NCBI GenBank assembly: GCA_963717525.1
Contig: OY970343.1
Location: forward strand, 832,001 to 896,000
Origin: an uncultured Methanoregulaceae archaeon
Lineage (GTDB): Archaea; Halobacteriota; Methanomicrobia; Methanomicrobiales; Methanospirillaceae
Direction of reading: 5' to 3'
DNA length: 64,000 nt
Below the pieces are notes generated by a model, which was not told where the DNA came from, searched no databases, and saw only the letters and a list, made by a program, of their open reading frames with translations. Position numbers and translations under genes: made by a program. Positions 46,699-56,897 of this stretch are shown here, in pieces (positions within the stretch are counted from its first letter, which is position 1; every line of letters begins with the position of its first letter).

Positions 46699-48210
46699 TT
46701 AAGAATTTGTCACTGTGTAATGGTGGATATCAACATAAGGAACAAGTTTTCTATTTTCAAGTACGGAAACTGCACCATGGCCCCCACAGATCAGGCAGTG
46801 TTTTTGCTTCGAAGCAAGAAGATTATCGGTCTCTGCGGCAAGTTCGAAAAGTGCTTTTCGTTCCCTGCGTGCAAGATCGCTGTCAACATTCACCGAGGTG
46901 ACCAGAAAATCGGCAATGGAGTTATAGGCCGCCCGTTCCGGGGTAAGGCTGGAAAAATTGATGACGGCATCGGCAGTGAAGAGCAGACCTTCCAGCCCGG
47001 AATACAGGTAGATCTGTCCGTGGGTATGACCCCCCAACCCTTCGAGCACCTCAAGCTTGAGGTCGCCAATGGTGACGGTCCCAAGGACGGGAAAGATGCT
47101 GCGCGCCTCTGTTCCAGCCTGCGGCAGGCAGGTCACCTTTTTGGGCGGCCGGAACCGGGAAAAAAGGTTAATCATCTTGGTGTAAAACGCTTCGAGAACA
47201 GAATGCTCGTTCCGGGAGCCATAAGCGCGGTTATTTGTTTTTATTATGTCCCGGGTCCCCGTATGCATGAGGGCGCATATCGGGAAAAATCCTCCCGCCC
47301 CGCAGTGATCGGCATCTGCATGGGAGATGATCAGTTGGGTTAACCGGTTTTCGTCCCCAAGGCCAAAGTGGGAAAACATAGCCATGACATCATCGTGGTA
47401 GATACCATACCCGGTATCGATCATCAGGGTATCCTTTTCTGAGGTAAGGACATAGATGCTCCCACCACAGGGCAGCTGGAAACAGAAGAGGTCGACCTGC
47501 GGGGTGATATTAATCTTCTGGACATCTGCGTAGAAATTCCTGCCAGTGGTGGCATGCAATGTCCGGCCCGTCAGAAGTACGCTGTCAAAAACCTGACGGG
47601 GATCGCTTCCCCGGTTCATCAGTTCCTGTGCGATGTGGTTTGTATCGGCAAGAAATGAAAGAAGGAACGTATTTTCGGATTCACCTATCAGGTCCCGTAT
47701 CTCCTGAGCAAACCTTACATAGAAGATGGTATCGTCGAGATGTTTTCCGGTGGTATCATATTCGATGATCTCAAGGTGGTACCGGGATTTAAGCTGATCG
47801 AGGAGCTTGTCGACAGATGCCGGGTCTTCGAGGTTTAGGCTGACAGTCAGCTGGTCAGGGTGTCGTCCGGTATCATCAAAATCGATAAATCCGATATTTG
47901 CGCCGGACTCAGTAGTATATCTCAGGAACCGGCTGAGCGATCCCGGCGTATGAGGCAGGTGCACAAAGAATTTGAGAAAACTCAACGGTTGCAAGGAGGT
48001 CTGGAGGTACCCGATTGCCTCAAGGTCACGTGTGATCTTCGTATAATCATCTTCGGTCGCTGTCACTTCATAAAAGACGGTGCAGGGGTCTATCCTACGG
48101 TCATACTGGATTCGGTTTATATTGCCGTTATATTTGGTTATAACCCTGGCAGCACTCTCAAGAGAACCGGGTTCATCAGGCATATGTGCGATAAAACCAA
48201 ATTTCTTCAC
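46699..48210 (-). CDS. Tandem ACT-domain / MBL-fold hydrolase
   Basis: ACT-like MPDEPGSL..GNI and LPHTPGSL..GANI; MBL motifs IDTGYG, SHADADHCG, GGHT, TAD, CGGHG. Confidence 0.78.
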   Translation of the reverse strand: MKKFGFIAHMPDEPGSLESAARVITKYNGNINRIQYDRRIDPCTVFYEVTATEDDYTKITRDLEAIGYLQTSLQPLSFLKFFVHLPHTPGSLSRFLRYTTESGANIGFIDFDDTGRHPDQLTVSLNLEDPASVDKLLDQLKSRYHLEIIEYDTTGKHLDDTIFYVRFAQEIRDLIGESENTFLLSFLADTNHIAQELMNRGSDPRQVFDSVLLTGRTLHATTGRNFYADVQKINITPQVDLFCFQLPCGGSIYVLTSEKDTLMIDTGYGIYHDDVMAMFSHFGLGDENRLTQLIISHADADHCGAGGFFPICALMHTGTRDIIKTNNRAYGSRNEHSVLEAFYTKMINLFSRFRPPKKVTCLPQAGTEARSIFPVLGTVTIGDLKLEVLEGLGGHTHGQIYLYSGLEGLLFTADAVINFSSLTPERAAYNSIADFLVTSVNVDSDLARRERKALFELAAETDNLLASKQKHCLICGGHGAVSVLENRKLVPYVDIHHYTVTNS

Positions 48211-48325
48211 AAGTGCCAGCCCCGTATGCAGGATTAAAATAGGTACCTGGTCTGGTTATAGATTACGGTAAAAATAATTCCAACGCTGGTCTTTGACCGG
48301 CAATCGGGCGGGCCTGAGTTTGATC

Positions 48326-49441
48326 TTATTTTTTCCGTGCGGCAATTACCAGGGCTGCTGCCCCAAGACAGCCGCCAATTGCTACCAGGGGAGAGAGCGG
48401 GAGTCCGAAGGGCGCTTTCACCATCTCGGGTGAGATCTCCGTCGGTGAGTTCTCTGAGACTACCACATCCATCGAAACAGTCAGGTAGCCGGGAGATTTG
48501 ATTTCAACCAGGTGCGTCCCGGTTGTTACGCCGTTCAATGTTACCGGTGAAGTTCCGACCAGGGCGGAATCAAGATAAACGGAGGCGCCTGCCGGAACCG
48601 ACGAAATAACAAGGGTCCCCGAGTTGGGAGACGGGGCGGGCGTTGCCTGTGGAACCGCCGGCGTTCCGGTCATTGTTGTTTCAGGAAGGGAAACAGGAGC
48701 GGTACTAACGGTTTCCGATGAAGTCAGGTTTATATTTGAGGCAACGATTGTCAGCGTCTCAGTCAGGCTGTTTGACAGTGAGGGGCTGCTGATCGAAACC
48801 GTATATACACCTGGAGGCATATCAACATGGAACCCATACTGGAAGTACCCTCCGGCGCTGACCGGCGAGGCGAATGTATGCACCTTGTTCCCGGAAGCGT
48901 CCATCACATCGATTTCAATGGTGTCTGCCGCTGATTCCACCTTTCCTGTCACCTGTATATAATCATTGAGAACAGCGGGATTGGGAGTGATGGTTGCATA
49001 AAATTCCGGTTGTCTTAAGAAGATGGAGGCAGTGGCCTTAATTTGCGGATTACTCAGATCATATACCGTGAATCTGTATCCTGCCGTGTACAGGATGTCG
49101 GCCCCCACTGCGCGGGAAGAATCCCAGACATATGACCATGTCCCCGAGGAGTCTGTGACAACAATGTTCCCGGTTCCCGCTGTACCGGTTAAGTTATAAG
49201 GGGGAACCCCTGCTGCCGGAAGGCCCGGGCCGGTGACAGTGATCACGGTCATGTTGCCCACAGTGTTCCTGCCATCGAATATGACGCTGTCACCGACGTT
49301 ATAACCCCCATTTCCCCGGTAAGCGATGGATACGCTTCCCGTTTGTGCCTGTACCGGCATGATGCACACTGTCAGGATGATCAAAAGAAAGAGGCCGGAA
49401 CATAATTCCGGGAATTTTCTGGAGCACATTTTCATCTTCAC
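48326..49441 (-). CDS. Secreted PEGA-domain surface protein
   Basis: Signal peptide; PEGA pattern ISSVPAGASVYLD...GTSP...GTHLVEIKSPGY; C-terminal TM and RKK. Confidence 0.82.
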   Translation of the reverse strand: MKMKMCSRKFPELCSGLFLLIILTVCIMPVQAQTGSVSIAYRGNGGYNVGDSVIFDGRNTVGNMTVITVTGPGLPAAGVPPYNLTGTAGTGNIVVTDSSGTWSYVWDSSRAVGADILYTAGYRFTVYDLSNPQIKATASIFLRQPEFYATITPNPAVLNDYIQVTGKVESAADTIEIDVMDASGNKVHTFASPVSAGGYFQYGFHVDMPPGVYTVSISSPSLSNSLTETLTIVASNINLTSSETVSTAPVSLPETTMTGTPAVPQATPAPSPNSGTLVISSVPAGASVYLDSALVGTSPVTLNGVTTGTHLVEIKSPGYLTVSMDVVVSENSPTEISPEMVKAPFGLPLSPLVAIGGCLGAAALVIAARKK

Positions 49442-49600
49442 CTTAAAGAGAATATATTCATAAGAGAATAAACATTGTTGTCCTTTTTATTTCACCTGAA
49501 TGACGCTCTTTTCAAATTACCCAATCCCCGTCAGGAAATTGCACTAATAACGAAACTATATCTATAGTTGCGCAAATACCCCATAAACAGAGGGATTAAC

Positions 49601-51632
49601 GTGACCGACGTCATCCTGGCCAGAAAAACCGGAAATGAGCAGCTTAAAAGTAAAATATCCCAAATATCGCGCGAATTCTCTTACGATGAAACTGCATATC
49701 ATCTTCCGATCTCGTTTGCACTGACGGGAATTGCGGTCCATGACAGGAACGCCGCTTCAGACGTTCTTGCAAAGACCAGTAACAACCCGCTGGTAGCATC
49801 AGAATGCCTGCTCGCTGCAGCGACAGTGGCGACAGGAAAGGAGCCTGCCCCGTATACGGGTTTTATCAGCGACACGGTGATCCGGAAGCTCGGGTACTCT
49901 CTGGTGGATGGGAGTATTCTCGGCATGGCACTCATCGTTGGAACCCCGAACAGTGCCGGAGGTGCTGCGGCGATCTGCCGCGAGCTCCAGGAAAAATACA
50001 TGCTCACGTTCCTTGCCGGCGGTGTTATCCCTTCCCTCTCTTCCGCCGGTGTGAAACTGGGCCTTGATTACCGGCTCATCCCCCTTGGGTCCCAACCCCT
50101 CCACAGCGTCCATTTTGTTGATATCATCGCACGGGTCGCGATGATGTTCGGAGGCGTCTCGCCGGGAGATGCCGGGCGTCTCCTCTCGTACGCTGCTGAA
50201 CGCGCAAAAGCCATCGTCGTTGTCTTTCCCGGACTTTCTGATGAGGAAGTAGCATTTGTTGACGGCATGCGTGTACTGGGGTTCCCGATCCTTTCGCTGG
50301 GTGGATATGAGGGAGGGGAATGGATCCCTGCCACTACCGATGATGTCGTGCGTAAAGGCATGGAACTCAAGGGAATCCGGGTCACGGTAACGGCTATCCC
50401 CATACCGATGGGCTGCTCTCCTGCTTTTGAGGGAAAGAGCATAAGAAAAGAGGAGATGCAGGTCGAGTTTGGCGGAGGCCGCTCGCCCGCATTTGAACTG
50501 CTGCGGATGAAAAATCCCGGCGAGATTACAGATGGGAAGGTAACCGTCATCGGGCCTGAGATCGGTTCCATGAAGGAGGGCGGGGCATATCCCTTGGGCA
50601 TCATCGTCGAAGTGGCAGGGAAGACGATGAAGAAGGACTACGAGCCGGTGCTCGAACGGAGGATCCACAATTTTATCAATTACGGTGAGGGATCATGGCA
50701 CGTTGCCCAGCGGGATCTCATCTGGGTGCGGATATCAAAAGAAGCGTTTACAAAAGGGGTGAAGATCGAACACCTCGGAAAACTCCTTGCGGGCAAGTTC
50801 CGGATGGACTTCCCCCAGCTCCTCGATGCAGTCGCCGTTACGCTCATCACAGACCCGGAAAAGGTGCTTGCAGGAAAGAAGGACGCAGAGAAGATCTACG
50901 AAGACCGTGATGCTCGCATCAAGGGCATGCGGGATAACGACGTTGGAACCTATTATTCCTGTACGCTCTGCCAGACGTTTGCTCCCAATCACGTCTGCGT
51001 GATCACGCCGGAACGGCCGGCGCTCTGCGGGGCGATCAGACTGGCTTGACGGGAAGATTGCATACGAGATGTCCCCGTCCGGCGCAAACCAGCCGGTCGA
51101 AAGAGGGGCGCTCATCAATGCCCAGAACGGCGAGTTCGAAGGGGTAAACCGGTTTGTCAAGAAGGCCAGCCACGGAGAGATAGAGCGGTGTTCACTGTAC
51201 AGCGTGATGGAATTTCCCATGACCTGCTGCGGGTGTTTTGAGGTCATAGCCCTGATGCTCCCTGAGGTCAACGGGATCATGGTCGTCAACCGGGAATACA
51301 AGGGAATGACCCCATCCGGCATGAGCTTCTCGACCCTTGCCGGAACCATAGGCGGGGGCGCCCAGACCCCGGGCTTTGCCGGAATCTCGAAAAATTATAT
51401 CCTCTCGGACCGGTTCCTCCAGGGAGAGGGGGGGATCGAACGCCTTGTCTGGATGCCCTCGCAGTTAAAAGAGGAACTCAAACCCCGGCTTGCCCCGTTG
51501 CTTGCGGCCAAGGGACATCCTGACCTTTTTGATAAGATCGCAGATGAAAATTCAGCCCCCACCCTCGAAGACCTGGCAGCATTCCTCGCCCGTGTCGGCC
51601 ACCCGGCTCTTGCGATGAAACCCCTTATGTGA
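49601..51632 (+). CDS. acsB: Acetyl-CoA synthase, long bacterial-type (about 676 aa); frameshift near 51040
   Basis: A-cluster ligands CTLCQTFAPNHVC..PERPALCGA and TCCGCFE; EPVLERRIH; GGGAQTPGF. Carries an N-terminal domain (ETAYHLP, YTGFISD) absent from archaeal CdhC. Removing one A restores GAISWLDG. Confidence 0.92.
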
Positions 51633-51640
51633 GATGCGCG

Positions 51641-52589
51641 ATGATACCTGAACCGAATTTTGGCTGGACCGGCTCGGTAGGAGAGGTCGTCCTTGGTGCA
51701 ACCCGTTCTGAGGGGGGTACCCGCTCACGGTCGTACCGGATAGGCGGTGGCACCACGCTTCCTTTTATGGAAAAAGAGAGAACGTTCCCCTCACCCCTCG
51801 TTGTCTTCGAGATCTGCGATGACCCCCTGTACTGGTCCCCAATTGTCAACGATTTCTGCGGGGATCTCGTCCACGACCCGGCTGCGTGGGCAAAGACGGC
51901 AGAGACCACCTACGGGGCAGACCTCGTCAGGCTCTGCCTGACGAGCACCAGGCGGCGGGATTTTTCCGATATCCCTTCTCTCGGGAAAACGACTGAAGCA
52001 GTCCTTGCATCGACCAGTCTGCCGCTTATTGTCGAGGGAAGCAACGAGCCGAAGATCGACAGCGAAGTCTTCCAGAAATGCGGTGAGGCCGGGCAGGGCG
52101 AACGCCTGCTGCTGGGCACCGCAGAAGCGGGACGGTACCGGAGCATCGCGGCTGCAGCCCTTGCGTACAACCACGCGATCATTGCCCAGTCCCCCATCGA
52201 TATCAACCTTGCAAAGCAGCTCAACATCCTCCTCAAGGAGATCGGCGTGCCACGGGACCACATTGTTATCGATCCCTACACCGGAGCGCTTGGTTATGGT
52301 TTTGAGTATTCGTATTCTGCGATGGAGCGGATCCGGTTCTCTGCACTCAAGGGCGATGCGGATCTCGCGATGCCGATGATCTGCGCCCCGTCTGACTCGC
52401 TCTCGATAAAAGAAGTACGCGAAGCGGACGCCGGTACCAGGGACGCCATCGCGGTGGAGTGGGAATTCACCACAAGCCTTGCGGCAGCTGATTGCCGGGG
52501 CGGAGATCGTCTGTGTCCGCCACCCGGACACGGTAAAGCGCCTCAAAGCTGCCTTTGCTGCGCTCAACACGCGAACAGGAGGAGCATAG
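51641..52589 (+). CDS. acsD: Corrinoid Fe-S protein small subunit (delta); frameshift near 52490
   Basis: IGGGTTLPF, SPIDINLAKQLN, DPYTGALGYGFEYSYSAMERIR. Corrected C-terminus AGAEIVCVRHP...TGGA ends at TAG 52587-52589. Confidence 0.9.
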
Positions 52590-52591
52590 AC

Positions 52592-53926
52592 ATGCCACTC
52601 AAGGCCCTTGATATCTATAAGCTCCTGCCCAAAAAAAACTGCAAGGAGTGCGGAGACCCCACCTGCCTGACTTTTGCGATGAAACTTGCGGCCGGGAAAG
52701 CAGACCTCGATCTCTGCCCGTATCTCGATGATAATGCAAAATCCGTTCTCGGCGCAACGACCCGGCCGCCGATCAAACTCGTAAAACTCGGGGTTGGGGA
52801 ACGCTCGTTTGCGGTCGGCGAGGAGTTCGTCCTCTACCGTCACGACAAAACCTTCTACCATCCCCCGGGCATCATGTTTGCGGTCTTTGATACGCAGAGC
52901 GAAGAGGAGATCGCGGCAGTGACCGCACGGGTAAGGGATGAAACGCTGACCCGGGTCGGGGCCGATCTGAAATTCAACGGGACAGCAATTGTCAATACGA
53001 GCGGAACCGTCGAAGCATATACAAAGGCAGTTGCCGCCGTGGAGAAAACCGCCGGCCTCCCAGAAGTCCTTGTCACGGAGAACCCGGCCGCCCTTGCTGC
53101 CGCACTCGTGCAGTGCGGAAGCTACCGCCCCCTGATCTGCGCAGCAACACCGGAAAACTACCGGCAGATGTGTGCGCTTGCAAAGCAGTACGGGTGCCGT
53201 CTCGTTGTCAGGGCGCCAACCCTCGACGGGTTGGCCCGGCTCACTAAAGACTGCGCTGCCGAAGGGGTACAAAATATTGTCTTGGATCTCGAGCCGAAGA
53301 CCCTTGGGGATTTCCTGTACCGGTCGACGGCAATACGGCAGCTCACCATCACCCGAACAGTCCCGGATCTCGGGTTCCCGGTGTACCTTGACGCAATGGC
53401 GTTTGATGACGAAGATGCGGCAATTGCCCTGGGGATCGTCAAGTACGCCTCCGTGATCGTGACAAAACCCCTCGCACCGGCCTCCGCAAAGGCAGCACTT
53501 ACCCTCCGCCAGAACATCTACACCGATCCGCAGAAACCCATCCAGATGAATCCCGGGCTCTACCGTGTCGGGACGCCCGGAAAGGATGCCCCTGTGCTTA
53601 TGACGGTCAACTTCTCCCTGACCTACTTCACGCTCCAAGGATACCTTGAATCCACGCACATTCCCTGTTTCATGCTGATCGTCGATACTGAAGGGCTCTC
53701 GGTGCTCACCTCGGTAGCGGCAGGCAAGCTCAACGAGATGCTGGTTCGGGACGCGATAAAAAAGTTCGGGGTCGAAAACGAGGTATCGCACCGGAAACTG
53801 ATTATCCCCGGCTACGCTGCCCCCCTCTCGGGGAGGATTGAAGAGGCGACCGGCTGGAAAGTGCTCGTCGGACCCCGTGATGCAGCAGAGATCGGCGAAT
53901 TTCTCGTGCAGGAATGGAAGCCTTAA
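52592..53926 (+). CDS. acsC: Corrinoid Fe-S protein large subunit (gamma)
   Basis: GGAGG RBS, then MPLKALDIYKLLPKKNCKECGDPTCLTFAMKL..CP (4Fe-4S), RQNIYTDPQKP, TVNFSLTYF, GLSVLT, GWKVLVGP. Confidence 0.95.
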   Translation: MPLKALDIYKLLPKKNCKECGDPTCLTFAMKLAAGKADLDLCPYLDDNAKSVLGATTRPPIKLVKLGVGERSFAVGEEFVLYRHDKTFYHPPGIMFAVFDTQSEEEIAAVTARVRDETLTRVGADLKFNGTAIVNTSGTVEAYTKAVAAVEKTAGLPEVLVTENPAALAAALVQCGSYRPLICAATPENYRQMCALAKQYGCRLVVRAPTLDGLARLTKDCAAEGVQNIVLDLEPKTLGDFLYRSTAIRQLTITRTVPDLGFPVYLDAMAFDDEDAAIALGIVKYASVIVTKPLAPASAKAALTLRQNIYTDPQKPIQMNPGLYRVGTPGKDAPVLMTVNFSLTYFTLQGYLESTHIPCFMLIVDTEGLSVLTSVAAGKLNEMLVRDAIKKFGVENEVSHRKLIIPGYAAPLSGRIEEATGWKVLVGPRDAAEIGEFLVQEWKP

Positions 53927-55835
53927 ATGCGTACCGTTACCTTCTTTCCCAGTTACCGTAAGATCGATGCCCCCCGCGGGACGACCATCCTTGACGCCGC
54001 CCAGCGTGCCGGGATCAACATGAACGTCGTCTGCGGCGGAGTAGGTAAATGCGGGAAATGCGTGGTTTTTGTCCAGTCCGGCAAAGACCGAGTTCGACCG
54101 GCAGAAGTTCGGGCGGTTCTTTACTGAGGAGGAACTGAAAAAAGGCGCCTGTCTTGCCTGTGTGACCACGATCCAGGGGGATCTGCAGGTTTTTATCCCC
54201 GAGAGCACCCTGATCCAGGAACAGAAGATCCTGATCGACGGGATAGATACGGAGATTGAGTTCCACCCGTCCGTGAAAAAATATTACGTGGAACTCCAGC
54301 CACCGACCCTTGCCGATCCGTCCCCGGATCTTTCGCGCCTGCTCTGGGGGATCCAGAAGAAAGGCGGGCCAGTCGCGGAGAAAATGTACGCACCTCTCGA
54401 AGTGATGCGCGAGATCCCCGCCCTGCTCAGGCACAGCGACTGGAAGGTGACCGGGACCATAGCCCTTGTACCCGGGGGCTACCGGCTTATCGATCTTCAG
54501 GAAAACGATACTTCGCAACGGCTCTACGGTGCCGCAGTCGACCTTGGTTCCACTACGGTCGTCGCGTACCTCTGGGACCTCATATCGGGAAAAGTGGCCG
54601 CGGTTGCCTCCAACTACAACCGGCAGATCAGCTGTGGCGAGGACATCCTTGCCCGGGTCAACTATGCCCAGAAGAACGGGATCGAGAAACTCCGTACACT
54701 TGGTGTCGAGAGCATCAATGCGGCGCTGACCTCGGCCTCCAACGCTGCCGGGATCGACCGGGAGGATATCTATGAAGTCGTGGTTGCAGGCAACACGGTG
54801 ATGACACACATGCTGCTGGGCATCGACCCGGCGTATATTATCAAGGAGCCTTATGTCCCGGTGGTGCAGCGGGCGCTCTCGGTAGCCGCTGCACGGATTG
54901 GGATCACCTGCAACGACAACTGCGGGCTCTTTGCTTTCCCGGCCGTCAGTGATTTTATAGGTGGCGATATCATCGCAGATATCCTTGCCTGCGGCATGAG
55001 CGAGAAAGAGGAGATCTCACTTCTTATCGATATCGGGACAAATTTCGAGGTCGTCCTTGGCAACCGGGACTGGATGTTTTCCTGCGCAGGAGCGGCAGGG
55101 CCGGCGCTGGAAGGCGGGGAAGTCCTCTTTGGCATGCGGGCAAACCCCGGTGCGATCGACAAGATCACCATCGATCCGGCAACGCTGGAACCGGTCTTTT
55201 CCACCATCAACGGGATCAAACCCAAGGGTCTTACCGGCTCCGGTCTGATCGACATCCTTGCCGAGCTGCTCTCTGCCGGTGTCATTGACAGGACCGGGCG
55301 GATCAATACGGAGAGCACTAACCCCCGGATCCGAACCGGCGCACATTTCCCGGAGTACGTGATCGCATGGGCTGGAGAGACCGATATTGGAAAAGACATC
55401 GTAATCACGGAAAACGATATCAAGAACCTGATCATGAGCAAGGCATCCATCCACGCAGCCTGCGTAACCCTCATGAAAGAGGCCGGGGTCACGAGGTTTG
55501 ATATCGCTACCATCTACTTTGCCGGTGCGTTTGGCAACTATACCAATAAAAGGAACGCGACGATCGTCGGTCTGATTCCAGAGATCGATCTCGACCGGAT
55601 AAAAAACATAGGAAACGGTGCCGTGGCGGGTGCAAATCTTGCGCTCATCAACCGGAGGAAGAGAAAACTTCTGGATGGCATCGCAGGCCGGATCGCGTAC
55701 ATCGAGCTCAACGCAGAGCCCTCCTTCATGGATGAGTACACCTCGAGCGCGTTCCTCCCGCACACGGATCTCTCGCTCTTCCCCCGGGTCCAGACGCTCC
55801 TCGATTCCCTGCGCGAGAAAAAAGAGGTATCCTGA
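53927..55835 (+). CDS. acsV: Reductive activator of corrinoid proteins (RACo/AcsV, 2Fe-2S plus ASKHA domain); frameshift near 54084
   Basis: CGGVGKCGKC..LAC ferredoxin; VDLGSTT, GNTVMTH, FIGGDI, IDIGTN, AAGPALEG, AGAFG, GNGA. Confidence 0.92.
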
Positions 55836-56875
55836 TGTCAAAAATGATCCCGGCCCCGTATTCCCGTGCCACCGGCATCGGCGCACTCCCGCACACCGAC
55901 CCGGTGCTCGCGTGCGATGACGTTCTCGATGTGTTCCCCGACTTTCCCTATGCACCGACACTCCCGGATCGCGGGCTTCTCGAAAGTATTGTCTTCAACG
56001 ATTCCGCTCAGCTCCCGGGCCGGCTCATCAGGGAGGGCCGGCTGCTCTACGACAGCACCCGGGACAACACCTCCGCGATGGAGCAGGTGTACCTGGATTT
56101 TGTCGAGGAGAATTTTTTACCGTACAGCCTTGATGCCGCACACGCCTCTGCATTTACTGAGATGATGACCCGGCAGTTCCCGAAAGCGCAGGTACTCAAG
56201 TGCCAGGTGACCGGGCCGGTCACTTTCGGGATGCAGGTCGTGGATGCAGAAAAAAGGCCGATCTACTACGATGCCCAGCTGGCCGATGTCCTCTCGAAGA
56301 TGATCGCACTCAAGGCACGGTGGTGCGAACATGAGATGCAGGCAAGGACCGGGATCAAAGAGACCCTTGTTCTTCTCAACGAACCCTATTTTGCATCGCT
56401 TGGATCCTCGGTCGTACCACTCGACCGGGCGACCGTAAAAACCGGCTGGCAGGATATTGCGTCCCTCGTCAGGGGAGGGCTTGGCATCCACTGCTGCTCG
56501 AACACAGACTGGGGTTTTGTCATCGGTCTCGATCCCTCGGTAATCTCCCTTGACGCCTATACGACCGCAACAGAATTCCTCCTTTATGCCGACGCGATCG
56601 GGGCGTACATGGAACGGGGAGGGGTGGTTGCATGGGGGATCGTCCCTGCCGAATACAAGATCTTTTCTGGAGAAACTGTCGATTCGCTCTATGCACGGTA
56701 CTGCGCAATACGCACCCAGATCACAAAACGGATCCCGGTTGAACTTTTCGATGCCCGTTCTTTAATCACGCCCAGCTGCGGGATCCGGTTTGCGGACCGG
56801 AACGGTGCAGGAGAGATCCAGCGGGCTGCATCCGAGATCTCAAAGAGGATCCGAAAAGAGGCAAAACTTCCCTGA
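55835..56875 (+). CDS. Core methionine-synthase-like Zn thiol methyltransferase (MetE C-terminal barrel only, MesB-like)
   Basis: ATGIGALPH N-terminus, KCQVTGPVT, NEP, IHCC, SLDAY, AWGIVP, ITPSCG; 346 aa with no folate-binding half. TGATG coupling to acsV. Confidence 0.8.
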   Translation: MSKMIPAPYSRATGIGALPHTDPVLACDDVLDVFPDFPYAPTLPDRGLLESIVFNDSAQLPGRLIREGRLLYDSTRDNTSAMEQVYLDFVEENFLPYSLDAAHASAFTEMMTRQFPKAQVLKCQVTGPVTFGMQVVDAEKRPIYYDAQLADVLSKMIALKARWCEHEMQARTGIKETLVLLNEPYFASLGSSVVPLDRATVKTGWQDIASLVRGGLGIHCCSNTDWGFVIGLDPSVISLDAYTTATEFLLYADAIGAYMERGGVVAWGIVPAEYKIFSGETVDSLYARYCAIRTQITKRIPVELFDARSLITPSCGIRFADRNGAGEIQRAASEISKRIRKEAKLP

Positions 56876-56897
56876 AAGGAGTGTAGGATCTGGCACC

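Noticed and set aside
51629..53926. Apparent 765-aa AcsD-AcsC (delta-gamma) fusion in the ORF track
   Set aside because: An extra base near 52490 creates it. The conserved AcsD tail (AGAEIVCVRHP) is in another frame ending at TAG 52589, and acsC has its own GGAGG and ATG at 52592.
51791..54208. 805-aa minus-strand ORF
   Set aside because: Antisense shadow of acsD/acsC in GC-rich codons; no recognisable motifs.
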